Of a stretch of DNA of 64,000 bases, positions 20,873-31,318 are shown piece after piece (the stretch's first letter is position 1; the number at the start of each line of letters is the position of its first letter). This DNA is from an uncultured Acidobacteriota bacterium (GTDB taxonomy: Bacteria; Acidobacteriota; UBA6911). Position numbers and translations under genes: made by a program. The notes below the pieces were generated by a model, which was not told the DNA's origin, ran no database searches, and saw only the letters and a program-made list of their open reading frames with translations. The stretch is from contig CAWHCF010000023.1 in NCBI GenBank assembly GCA_963827655.1, forward strand, positions 480,001-544,000, in the 5' to 3' direction.

Positions 20873-23800
20873 ATGGCTCATCGGTTGATTGGCGTCAGTC
20901 TGATTTCGTTCTTGGTTTTGCTGTCCGCTCCGCCGTTGGTCTATGCTCAAACGGGGGCCGGAAATATCCAGGGTACAGCGAAGGATCCTACGGGAGCCGT
21001 TGTTCCAGGCGCTGATGTCACCGTGCTGCATCTGCAGACAAGCCGGCAGCATGAAACCATTACCAACGATACCGGCTTCTTTATCTTCCCGTCGCTCCAA
21101 ACAGGAAACTACAAGATTACGGTGCAAGCGCCTGCCATGCAGACCTGGCAAGGGGAGCTGCTTCTTCAAGTCGGCCAAACGGCGGTGGTTGATGCGGTGC
21201 TAAGAATTGCCGCCACTTTGACCGAAGTCACCGTCGTCGGTGATGTAACCCCGCTGGTCACGAGCAGCGACGCCACGCTGGGCAATGTCGTCGAACGCGC
21301 TCGCATCGATCAGCTTCCCCTTAACGGCCGCTTCTTTCAAACACTGGTGCAGCAGACCACCCCCGGGCTCGAAGGCTCGTCCTCCAGCCCGCGCGTATAC
21401 GGTCTTCGATCGACGTCGATGGAATTCTTGCAGGACGGCTCCGTGCTGACTAACCGGGATACCGGAGAGCTTTCCGGCCGCCCTCCAGGGCTCGACACCA
21501 TTGACGAATTTCGCGTGGAAACGAACAACTCGTCGGCGAAAATGAACCGTCCGGCGGCGACGATCATCTCGACCAAAAGCGGTTCCAACGAGCTCCACGG
21601 AGCGTTATTCGAGACTCACCGTAACAATGCGGTCGGTGTAGCGCGGCGCCGGCAGGACTACTACGACAAGCCGCCTCACCTGGTGCGCAACGAATTTGGC
21701 GCTTCTCTAGGCGGACCCGTCTACATTCCCAAAATCTACAACGGCACTGGGAACACATTTTTCTTCTTCGCCTACGAGGCGTACCGCAACTTTTCGAATA
21801 CGACGACCAGCACGACCATGCCGACGATGGCGATGCGGCAAGGTGATTTCAGCGGGTTGATCGACAGCGCGGGGCGACGCATCACGATCTACGACCCCTG
21901 GACTACCGATCCTGTCACCTGGCAGCGACAACCCTTCGCGAACAACATCATCCCGCTCAGCCGTCAAAGCCCGCTGGCCAAGTATTTCTACAGCGTCACT
22001 CCGGAACCTACCTTGCCGGATGTTAATCCCCTGGTGGCGGCCAACTATTTCGGTCCCGGTGTTTCAAACCGCGTCGATCACACGGAAACAGTGCGACTGG
22101 ACCATCGTCTCTCCTCCCGAGATCAATTGTTCGGCCGCTTCTCGCACGGCAATCGCTGGGCGAAAAACCGCTCGGGTCCCAATGGTTCTCCCGAAATGCT
22201 CGACGAGGCCGGCAATGTAACCTTTCGTCCCGTCCGGGACGACAGCGCCGTGGTTTCCTGGACCCGCACCTTCTCCCCGACGTTTTTCAGCGAGACGCTG
22301 GGATCCTGGTCGCACGAGAATCTGACGATATTCGTCGGGACCGATCACATCAATCATGCCGACCGGCTCGGGATGCCAAACCCTTTTCGTGAGACAGGCC
22401 TGCCGAACTTCAGCGAAACCGGCTTCGATATGACTTACGCATATGCCGACAACAAGCGCACCAACATAACCAAGGTGTTGAGCGTGGACCAGAATTTCAC
22501 CAAGGTTGCCGGACGTCACGCGCTGCAGTTCGGGGGCCGCTTCCGAAACGAGGGGTTGCACGTGCTTCCGGATCAGCAGCAGGTCCAGGGCAGTCACAAT
22601 TTTGCCAGCCTGGCTACAGCCCTGTACGATCCGGCGAGTGGCTCGAATTACAACGCTGTCCCCCGCACCGGCCATAACAGTGCCAACCTGTTTCTGGGTA
22701 TTGTCGGGTCCTATTCCGCGCAGTTCGTCCGGAAGTGGTATTACCTGACGGCCCGTGAGTACGCCGGCTATTTTCAGGACAATTTCAAGGTGAATTCCAG
22801 GCTGACAGTGAATCTGGGGCTGCGCTGGGAGTTCTATCCGGTTATCCGGGAAAGAAACAATGTCCTGACCGGCTTCGATTCGGGAACCAAATCGATTATC
22901 AACGGGGTTAGTCTCAGCCGGTTATACGAGCTGGGGGTCACGTCACCGGCAATCGTTGCTAACTTTACGGATATCGGCGCTAAATTCATCACGCCGGGCG
23001 AAGCAGGCTTGCCGGACACTCTGATGTATTCCAATCCCTGGGACTTTGGCCCCCGCGCGGGTTTTGCGTACCGCATCGGCTCGGACTCCCGATCGACGGT
23101 ATTGCGCGGCGGTTATGCCCTGTACGGTTTTCCGATTCCCCTGCGGACGTTCAACGCCCGCTCGCGGCAGAATGCTCCTACCAACGCGCGTTTCACCCAG
23201 TCGGTGACGAGTGCGGCCCAGAGCCCGGACGGGCTGCCTAACCATGGCTTGCGCTCTGTCCCGACGATCATCGCAGGCGTGAACAGTCGTGATGTACTGG
23301 ACCCCAACACACCGGGGGGCGTGACGCGCGGTTCATTCCTGACCAGCTATTTCGATCCCAAGCAGCCCACCACGCGCGCCCACGAGTGGAACCTGACACT
23401 GGAACGGGAGTTCATGGCCAACACCGTGATTCGCGCCGGCTACGTCGGGACGCACGGCAGCAAGCTCGAGCAGTTCTACACCTTCAACGAGCAGGCCCCT
23501 GACTACGTCTGGTTCGTCAACAGCGGGCAACCGCTGCCGACCGGTGAGTTCGCTCCTGTGGCGCGCCGCTACTTCGACCAGACGACGTATGGCAACATCG
23601 AAGCTTATCGCAAGACCGGCTCGTCGAATTTCAATGGAATGCAGATCGAAGTCCAGCGGCGCTACTCACAAGGCTTCGGTTTTCAATTCTTCTATGTTCT
23701 GAGCAATGCGTTCCGTGCCGGAGGAAACGGATGGAACGAAGACTTCGTCCAGGAAGCGAACATGTTCCTGGCCGGCGCGGTTCCTGCCGACTTGCAAGAA

Positions 23801-24558
23801 CGCAACCGGATGTTAAATTACCGCCGCGACCCCGAGATCCCCAAGCACCGCATACGCTGGAACTGGATCGTGGACCTTCCCTTTGGCCGCGGTCACAGAT
23901 TCGCGAGCAATGCCGGGGGATTCCTGGATCGGGTTATTGGAGGCTGGCAGATCGCCGGCTTCGGAAACCTCCGGAGCAATTACTGGCTGCTCCCCACATC
24001 CAATTGGGGAGAGTCGGGGCCCACCGAGATTTACGGCACGAAGTATCCGATCCAGGATTGCCGCAGCGGCCGATGTTTTCCTGGATACCTGTGGTACAAC
24101 GGTTACATTCCGGCGCACCTTGTCAATAGCGTCGATGCCCAGGGTCGCCCGACCGGCGTCATGGGGGTTCCGGCCAGCTACAAGCCCTCTTCTCAGCCGG
24201 TAATTCCGACGCCGGCCAACGGAGGCAGCCCAGCGATCCCAATTTCCAGTTCTACGAAACGAACACAGTGTCTGTGCGGCTCAATAACGGAATGTTACAG
24301 CGCACGTTGCTCAATACGAACCTCCATCCCTGGCGCAACCAGCTCAGGCCGGGCCCGGGTACCGTAGGTCTCGATGTCTCCTTGTTCAAGAACATACCGA
24401 TTAACGAGCGCTGCGCCCTGCGTTTCAACGCGGATTTCTTCAACGTTCTGAATATGCCGGGCCTTCAGCAGCCCAACTCGGTCAGCGGCATCGTCAGCCT
24501 GCAGAATTCGGCGAATGAACCCCGGCAGTTGCAGCTCACGCTTCGGTTGACCTGGTGA
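20873..24558 (+). CDS. TonB-dependent receptor, acidobacterial type with carboxypeptidase-regulatory-like domain (frameshift near 24230)
   Basis: GNIQGTAKDPTGAVVPGA, LPLNGR, TKSGSNELHG, RNEFGASLGGP, YFQDNFKV, LGLRWE; C-terminal RFNADFFNVLN..RQLQLTLRLTW in the second frame. Confidence 0.92.
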
Positions 24559-24580
24559 ATTGCCAAAAAAGCGAAGAGAG

Positions 24581-24712
24581 GCTGACACCCCTGCTCCCTC
24601 AACTCGCGCTCCCAGCCGCGGTCGTTTCCGGAGGGAGTCAGGTTGTCAGGCCAAGCCGGCCGGCCTGTTTTGCGGAACTCGCGAGTTCCCGACCGGACCG
24701 GCGAGCGGGCTG
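24581..24712. repeat. Two intergenic hairpins between convergent genes (REP-like or terminator)
   Basis: GCTGACACCCCTGCTCCCTC ... GAGGGAGTCAGGTTGTCAG (imperfect stem), then GCCGGCC..GGAACTC GC GAGTTCC..ACCGGC. Confidence 0.5.
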
Positions 24713-24789
24713 GTGGACGAGGTTCATGCGGCCGGTGATGCACGACGGCTTCAACTTGACAATACGCTCGTTTCGGCTAGGCCCCCGGT

Positions 24790-25050
24790 TCATGCACTTA
24801 AAAGGCGCTCGTAATCTCCATGACTGCCCACCCAGAACCAGATGAGAGTCCCCTCTTCCTCAGTGGCGAGAGCGCGGTAACTCGCACCGATTCGAATGGA
24901 CCAAGTGTCGGCTGCAACTTTCTTGAAATGGAGCGAGGGATGACGGGGGTTATCACGCCAAACGCGATATGTCTTTCGGGCGAGCGTTCGTATGTCGGCC
25001 AGGAGGTTCTGATATGCTTTCCAGAACCTCTCGTTGGCATTGCTTTTCAA
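24790..25050 (-). CDS. RelE/ParE/HigB-superfamily toxin
   Basis: FWKAYQNL, NPRHPSLHFKKV, WSIRIGASYRALA, WFWVGSHGDYERLL. Confidence 0.88.
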   Translation of the reverse strand: MKSNANERFWKAYQNLLADIRTLARKTYRVWRDNPRHPSLHFKKVAADTWSIRIGASYRALATEEEGTLIWFWVGSHGDYERLLSA

Positions 25051-25253
25051 CGAAGGGGGCGAGTCCTACCGTTTTTGAAATCCGCCTTGGCCTCGTCGAT
25101 GAGTTGACGCAGGCGCCCACCCGGCTGTGCATCCTCAACGATTTGGCTGTCCCATAAGCGGGCCTGGTACTCGGTCAGCCATTCGGCAAGACGCCTTACC
25201 TCTGCGGCAGGAAGTTTTTCGATCTCGGCTTCGATATCCTCAATGCTTCGCAT
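25047..25253 (-). CDS. Putative antitoxin of the RelE/ParE-like pair
   Basis: MRSIEDIEAEIEKLP..LAEWL..WDSQIVEDA..G.L..LIDEA..G.TRPL; 4-nt overlap with the toxin. Confidence 0.82.
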   Translation of the reverse strand: MRSIEDIEAEIEKLPAAEVRRLAEWLTEYQARLWDSQIVEDAQPGGRLRQLIDEAKADFKNGRTRPLR

Positions 25254-25313
25254 GCGAAAAAGATACGTCAACAGAAAGCCGCCCACAAGCCAGAACTTGA
25301 CCGAAATCGTGAC

Positions 25314-25336
25314 AATTGACGTCACCGTGGTCAATT
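25314..25336. promoter_or_regulatory. Candidate operator AATTGAC-N9-GTCAATT in a divergent promoter region
   Basis: Perfect 7-bp inverted repeat between the antitoxin and PNPOx genes. Confidence 0.35.
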
Positions 25337-25356
25337 CTCTATGGTAAATAACATCC

Positions 25357-25803
25357 ATGACCAAGCCGACGCCTCAACCGATCGATCCGAGTGAACTGGT
25401 AGACCTTGCGCTGAGCGTGGTCCGCGCCGATCGCTTTCCCTACCTCGCGACCATCGACCAGGACCAGCCGCGCGTCCGCCCTGTCTCACCCGTTCGAACC
25501 GACGGATTCACAGTCTACGTCGCGAATCTGCGCAGCTATCACAAAACGGGCGAGCTTGCGGCCAACCCCCGGGTGGAACTCTGTTACATGGACCAGGAGC
25601 ATAATCACGTGCGACTGACCGGCACGGCTGAAATCGTCACCGAGCGCCCGCTGCTGCAAGAAATCTGGGATACCAATCCGCTGCTTCGCCAGTATCTCGG
25701 CTCGCTGGATAACCCCGAGCTGATTGTCTATCGAGTCGTTCCCCACAGGGTTCGCTATATGCGTGAATGGGCGCTTGAATACCACGAGGTCCCGCTGAAT
25801 TAG
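25357..25803 (+). CDS. Pyridoxamine 5'-phosphate oxidase family (split-barrel flavoprotein)
   Basis: YLATIDQDQPRVRP, KTGELAANPRVELCY, VRLTGTAEIV. Confidence 0.88.
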   Translation: MTKPTPQPIDPSELVDLALSVVRADRFPYLATIDQDQPRVRPVSPVRTDGFTVYVANLRSYHKTGELAANPRVELCYMDQEHNHVRLTGTAEIVTERPLLQEIWDTNPLLRQYLGSLDNPELIVYRVVPHRVRYMREWALEYHEVPLN

Positions 25804-25865
25804 GGAGAGACGGCTCTTGTCTTGCTCACCGCCATGGCGCGAAGACGCAAAGAAAGGACGGCCTC

Positions 25866-26249
25866 ATGCTCCAGGGTCTGCGAACGACCATCTACCCGGT
25901 AAGCGATCTTGCGTCAGCGAAGAGCTGGTACAGTCGTGTTCTGGGTTTCGACCCTTATTTTGACCAGCCTTTCTACGTCGGCTTTAATGTCGGGGGCTTT
26001 GAGTTAGGTCTGGATCCAAACGGGTCGCTTGCTACCGAGGGGGGTGGCCCGATCGCTTACTGGGGCGTAGACGACGCCGGCAGCGCCCTGGCACGGCTGC
26101 TTGAACTCGGCGCGAAGCCGCACCATGAGCTTCAAGACGTGGGGGGTGGGATTCGCGTTGCCGCTGTGAAGGATCCCTTCGGGAACGTTTTCGGTATCAT
26201 CGAAAATCCTCACTTCCGCATCGCCGATCCATCGCAGCATTCCCATTGA
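25866..26249 (+). CDS. VOC / glyoxalase family protein
   Basis: YPVSDLASAKSWY, GFELGLDP, YWGVDD, VKDPFGNVFGIIENP. Confidence 0.92.
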   Translation: MLQGLRTTIYPVSDLASAKSWYSRVLGFDPYFDQPFYVGFNVGGFELGLDPNGSLATEGGGPIAYWGVDDAGSALARLLELGAKPHHELQDVGGGIRVAAVKDPFGNVFGIIENPHFRIADPSQHSH

Positions 26250-26310
26250 CGAGCATTATTGAACGCGGCTGGCTTTCATTCGAGAGTGCTTCAAGGACGG
26301 CGGGGAGAAA

Positions 26311-26745
26311 CTACGGCTTGGTCCCGGAAGTTTTGGGATAGATCTTAGTGCCTTTGTAGTCGCGCAGGCCGCAGAACCCTGCCGTTTTGAATCCGTGCTT
26401 CTGTAGAATAGCCGCGGCACGCGCGGCACGCCCGCCGCTGTTTCAAGCCGTCAGGATGGTCTTGTCTTTCGGCAGCTCGCTGAGCCGCCCTTCGAGTTCG
26501 CCAATTGGAATGTTGATGTAGCCCTCGCGCGTGCCAAGCTCTTCGAGCTCCTTGGGCTCGCGCACGTCCAGAAGTATAGCCTTGCCATCCGCGAGAAGCT
26601 TGTCGATGGCGTCGGCCGCAATGCGCTGATCCTCAGACACTGGCGTCCCCTGCGATGGCGGAGGAGGAGCGCTCTGGTTAGGAGGTTGTTGCGCGGCCAG
26701 GATCGCCGCTCCCACCAGCATCAGCTCCAGCACGAGTGATTTCAT
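26311..26745 (-). CDS. Rhodanese-domain protein with in-frame UGA at the active-site Cys (candidate selenoprotein, 144 aa)
   Basis: LLDVREPKE, INIPIGEL..RLSELPKDKTILTA-[TGA 26443-26445]-NSGGRAARAAAILQKHGFK..FCGLRDY; frame continues to TAG at 26311. Confidence 0.85.
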
Positions 26746-26916
26746 GCTTCGCCTCCCTCGATGCTCGCATTGTAATTTGCGCCCATCTGCTTAAGCAAGG
26801 TCTCGTAGAAACAAAATCCACCACGAAGACGCAAAGGCGCGAAGAAATGCCAGGAACGAACCTTTCGCCGCTCTGGTCCATCTAATTGAGAAGAAACAGA
26901 TGGGCCACCATAATCC

Positions 26917-27462
26917 ATGACAAGACGAAAGCTTGCTTCTCTGGCTCTGCTCCTCGCTCTCACGGCCGCCCTCGCGATCATCCTCAAACACGGCAGACGT
27001 TCAAATCTGCCGCGCACGCAGCCGCAAGACGCAACCGATGCGGGCCTGATTCTTTCACCACAAAGGAACAAGGCAATATCCTTCAAAACTGAAAAAGGGG
27101 AGACCCAGGTCTGGGTCGTGTCGTATCCGGAAAACAGTCGCCGCATGGTGGCGAAGTTCAGTGCTGAAGAATCGGCCCGATACGCCAGCTGGTCGCCGGA
27201 TGGCCGGCTCTTCGCGTACGAATCCTACAGCCTGGCCGGGCATAGTCCCATGACTACCACCCATGTCTGGATCGCCCGCTCAGACGCCGCCGAGATCAGA
27301 CAGATCCGGCTTCCGCTGCCGAACGAAAGGTTTTCGACCTACCTGGATAAATGGGTCGACAGCGACACCCTGCGAATTCGCAGCACCTTGCTGGAGCGTC
27401 CCGAGGACGTGTTTTACCATTACCGGTATTCCACCGGGAAAATCCAGGGTCCGCCCGGTTAA
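26917..27462 (+). CDS. Membrane-anchored protein with a PD40/TolB-like repeat
   Basis: N-terminal hydrophobic helix; YASWSPDGRLFAY..HVWIARSD. Confidence 0.6.
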   Translation: MTRRKLASLALLLALTAALAIILKHGRRSNLPRTQPQDATDAGLILSPQRNKAISFKTEKGETQVWVVSYPENSRRMVAKFSAEESARYASWSPDGRLFAYESYSLAGHSPMTTTHVWIARSDAAEIRQIRLPLPNERFSTYLDKWVDSDTLRIRSTLLERPEDVFYHYRYSTGKIQGPPG

Positions 27463-27467
27463 TCCAC

Positions 27468-28577
27468 ATGAACAAGAGCTGCTTGATCTTGTGTCTTACC
27501 GCGCTCTCCGGAGTCTATCCCTTGGCCGCCCAGTCTGGTTTTCCGTTCTTTGACGAGAACAAGTATGTCGGTAATGTCGTGGGCTCGGTCATTGATTCAA
27601 AGACAGGCCGGGGTATTCGTGGCGCTTCGGTTCTGCTGATCAAGGAACCCTGGCGCAATCGATCAGGCTCGGCCGGATGGACGGAAAACCTCCGCAACGC
27701 GCTTCTGGGCTCCAGCGTGCGGCGAGGATCTACCGATTCAAGCGGTCAGTTCATTGTCAACAACGTGCCGACCCCGTACCCATTTGAAACTTATACCGTG
27801 GTTACCATGGCGCCCGGGTACAAGGTGCAGGTCTTTGACCAGATTCCAGTTCTTCCTGGCGCTGTGATGTCGCTGGACTGCAGGTTCGCTCTTACTCCCG
27901 GAAAGGGGGCGGGTCTCGTGTTTGGCAGGAACGACCGGGGGGCGCCGTACCATTACAGCCACGAGAAGAGGCTCCGCATCCCGCCGATTCCTCGAGACGA
28001 CCGGGCTCTTGCAGGTGCGCAACGCATCTTCGCCACGCGCGAAGGCCTGGTCGGCCGGACGACGGCAAACGGGCATGTCATTCGCAAAGGCGACCAGTTC
28101 GCGTCGCTCCCCTCGCGACGCGCCTTGTCCGGCAAGGGTGAACGCTCGTTTCAGGTGAAGCTTAGTTACCGGGGGAGATCCGTGGTCGTCCCGGTGTGGG
28201 ACGTGGGGCCGTGGAACATACGCGACGATCACTGGAACCCGTCACGCTCGCGAGAACAGTGGCGTGATTTGCCTCAGGGACTGCCCCAGGCTCAAGCGGC
28301 TTTCGAAAAAGGTTACAACGGCGGCAAAGACGGTTTCGGCCGGCGTGTGTCAAATCCCGCCGGCATCGACCTCGCGGACGGAACCTTCTGGAACGATCTT
28401 CGGATGCGCGACAACGACTGGATTGGAGTCGAGTATCTCTGGCTGGATGGAGAAGTCGCATCGACTCCAGGCCGGCAAGAGCCTTCGGGCCGTCCAAGAC
28501 GCCCGCGCGGCGAGCCATCCCGCGGTATCGAAATCGTTGATGACATCCTGGCCGCAGTCAGGGTAATTCTGCGGTAA
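27468..28577 (+). CDS. Secreted protein: carboxypeptidase-regulatory-like domain plus RlpA-like double-psi beta-barrel domain
   Basis: Signal peptide; GNVVGSVIDSKTGRGIRGASV; FATREGLVGRTTANG, ASLP, VPVWDVGPW, GIDLADGTF match the DPBB pattern TA.G...V.D.GP...IDLS..AF. Confidence 0.65.
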   Translation: MNKSCLILCLTALSGVYPLAAQSGFPFFDENKYVGNVVGSVIDSKTGRGIRGASVLLIKEPWRNRSGSAGWTENLRNALLGSSVRRGSTDSSGQFIVNNVPTPYPFETYTVVTMAPGYKVQVFDQIPVLPGAVMSLDCRFALTPGKGAGLVFGRNDRGAPYHYSHEKRLRIPPIPRDDRALAGAQRIFATREGLVGRTTANGHVIRKGDQFASLPSRRALSGKGERSFQVKLSYRGRSVVVPVWDVGPWNIRDDHWNPSRSREQWRDLPQGLPQAQAAFEKGYNGGKDGFGRRVSNPAGIDLADGTFWNDLRMRDNDWIGVEYLWLDGEVASTPGRQEPSGRPRRPRGEPSRGIEIVDDILAAVRVILR

Positions 28578-28626
28578 CTAGAAATACCACCAAGACTCAA
28601 AGACACGAAGTCCCCTGTTACCCTCA

Positions 28627-28656
28627 TTGACAGAGGTTTCAGAATGTGGGTAAATT
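28627..28656 (+). promoter_or_regulatory. Sigma70-type promoter for the FHA/kinase operon
   Basis: TTGACA (28627-28632), 18-nt spacer, TAAATT (28651-28656), upstream of ATG 28711. Confidence 0.55.
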
Positions 28657-28710
28657 TTACCGTCTGCTTATTCCGCGAGCATTCCATCGTCTCCTTCGTA
28701 CCTCACCGTT

Positions 28711-29502
28711 ATGAATGCGAAAGCGGTTGGAAGAGATATCATCCTGGCGATCATAGACAACATGCGAGAGTCCAAAGAACCTCTCCTGTACAGCACCGTC
28801 GTGCCCAGTCTGTACGACGTTTACCTTCATCCTGACGATCACGAACGGCTGGCCGGGATCTTTCCTCAAATACGTGAGCAGGCTAAGAGAGCTCTCCGCG
28901 AGGGGTTGAACGAGCTCAATGGCGCGAAGCGTTCGTTCCTCCCCGGGTTGAAAGCGCGCCGGTCCAAGCATGAGCCGGCCGAAGGAGACTGGTACATCAA
29001 GTTTCATAAGGACGAAGACGAGGAACTTGCCCCCGGAGATATTCTGGTAGATTCACAATTGACGCTGCCGCCGCAGAAGGAATTCGGCGCCGGGGGAAAG
29101 ACCCAGCGGACTGTTACCGTTCGATCGGGCGGGGAAACCAGGAAATTGAGAACCTATCAGGAAAGCCAGCCTACGGCGCCGGCGGCCCTGGCAAAGCTTG
29201 CCTACCAGGACAAGAAAGGCGAGCGGCGCGAGTTTCTCATGACGACCCCCGAGATCGCCATCGGCCGCGGCGGCCGGGCGGAGTACTGCGATCTGGAACT
29301 CGACGGGCCGGTGGACATTTCGCGCCAGCATTTTTACTTGAGACAAGACGAGAAGACTCGGGAGTTCTTCCTGCAGGACGTGAGCAGGTTCGGCACCACC
29401 GTTAACGGAAAGGAAGTTGCGCCCAAAGAATGGGTTCAAATCCCCGCAAAGGCGAAAATCGGCCTGGCCGGAAAAATGGTAATCGAATTCGAGAGTTTAT
29501 GA
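28711..29502 (+). CDS. FhaA-like protein (DUF3662-like N-terminus plus FHA domain)
   Basis: VVPSLYDVYLHPDDHERL (DUF3662-like); IGRG..DISRQHF..LQDVSRFGTTVNG (FHA). Confidence 0.85.
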   Translation: MNAKAVGRDIILAIIDNMRESKEPLLYSTVVPSLYDVYLHPDDHERLAGIFPQIREQAKRALREGLNELNGAKRSFLPGLKARRSKHEPAEGDWYIKFHKDEDEELAPGDILVDSQLTLPPQKEFGAGGKTQRTVTVRSGGETRKLRTYQESQPTAPAALAKLAYQDKKGERREFLMTTPEIAIGRGGRAEYCDLELDGPVDISRQHFYLRQDEKTREFFLQDVSRFGTTVNGKEVAPKEWVQIPAKAKIGLAGKMVIEFESL

Positions 29503-29637
29503 CCTCAACCGCAAGAACCCCAAGGGTCGCACGTCCATGATTGCTCTCTATTGGGCCCGCTACTTGTTCCTGCTTTGGTTTGCGCTGGTGGTGACCTACC
29601 TGGTCTGCGCGCACGTGTTTTCGGACGCTCGACGCCG

Positions 29638-31318
29638 GTGAAACCTGTGCCGAATCACAACGAGAATCCTGCCTGGAATGCCTGGGGAGACACACATCCT
29701 GGCAAACAACGGGAAAATAATGAGGACCGCATTTATTGCGATCGCGACCGGGGGATATTCATTGTAGTGGACGGCATGGGAGGGGAGGCCGCAGGTGAAG
29801 AGGCCGCCCATCGCGCTCTAGACTGCATACGACAGAGGCTCGAGAACGAAACCGGAACGGTCGCGCGGAGAATTCGCGAAGCCATTACGTCGGCCAACAA
29901 TGATGTCTATCGTCTCTCTCAGGCCAGGCCCGAGTGGCGCGGGATGGCGTGCGTACTGACGGCCGCAGTTATCGAGAACGGACACGTCCACATCGGGCAT
30001 GTGGGCGACACACGCCTCTACCAGATCAGCGACGGTGAAATCCGCAAGGTAACCTCAGATCATTCGCCCGTCGGAAGGCGAGAGGAGGCCGGCGAGCTTC
30101 ACGAGTTGGAAGCCATGCGCCACCCGCGCCGAAACGAGGTCTATCGCGACGTTGGGTCCAGGCTCCACAAGCCCGATGACGAGGATTTCATCGACTACAT
30201 TCAGATCTCCTTTGAGTCTGACTCGGCGCTTCTACTGTGCTCGGACGGCCTGACCGACATGGTAACCTCCGCCGAGATCCTCAAGACCGTTCGGCGCAAC
30301 GCCGGAAACCCGCGCCAGTGCGTGCGCGATCTCATTGACCTGGCCAATGAGGCCGGAGGAAAAGACAATATCTCGGTTATCGTGGCGGAGGGGAAGGATT
30401 TCCCGTGGGCCGGTAACCCTGTGAGCGGATCACGAGGCTGAGCCGGCGGGAGATAACGAGGGCAGGGCCGCGAGCCCCGGCGCGCGCGGCAGGTTCCTGG
30501 GAACTTTAACCAGCCGCTGGCTCGTATTTCTGTATGGCCTTATTCTCGGGATGGCTCTGCTCGGCGTTCTGTCCTCACGCATTCCGATCCGGCTGCCGGT
30601 CATAGGAGGAGTATCACAGACCGGTCCGGCGCGAGCGACACTGGTTGTCGAGCCGGGCAGCGCGGAGTTCCCGACCATCACTAAGGCCCTGGAGAAGGCG
30701 CGGGCGGGCGATGTAATTGAAGTCGGCGCCGGTGAATATAACGATCCTATCCGCTTGACCAAAGATGTGAGCCTGGTCGCCCAAAAGCCCGGCGAGGTCG
30801 TGATCCAGATATTGACCTCGCTCCCCGAGGGCGAAGCCGCCGTCAGCGCGGATGGATTACAGGGAGGTCGATTATCCGGGATTGTCATTCGGCCAGGTCC
30901 CGGTGTCACTCTGCCGGTCGGGATTAAAGTCAACAATTCGGAGATCGATATTTCCACTGTAGAGATTTCCGGCACCAGCCGAGCCGGCGTCTGGATCGAC
31001 GGTCATTCGCGGGCGACCCTGACCGCCGGTTACATCCACTCGAATTTAGGACCCGGCGTCATAATCGGAGGGGTCTCGACGCCCCGCCTGCTGAGGAACG
31101 TGATCGCGCGTAACGGCCTGGCAGGGGGAAAGCCCCAACCCGGTATCCAGATTGTCGATGAAGCCTGGCCGGAAGTGGTTCACAATGTGATCAGCGAGAA
31201 CGGCGCCGAGGGAATCCAGATTCCAATACGGATTCTGCAGGAAAGAATGGAAAATAACTTTTTCAGCGCGGGGGAAAAACGCAACCAGGCGGGCGACATC
31301 GGTACCGCGCGCCGTTGA
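29638..31318 (+). CDS. PP2C/PPM Ser/Thr phosphatase, probably fused via a TM helix to a right-handed beta-helix domain (frameshift near 30430)
   Basis: RENNED, VVDGMGG, HVGDTRLY, TSDHS, LLCSDGLTD, GGKDNISV. The second frame is open from 30425 and encodes a TM segment then FPTITKAL..AGDVIEVGAGEY and NG..GI repeats. Confidence 0.85.

Noticed and set aside
30439-30441. Other TGA stops (30441, 49028, 20736) as selenocysteine codons
   Set aside because: None aligns with a Cys position, and the protein-like sequence continues in a different frame, which indicates indels.
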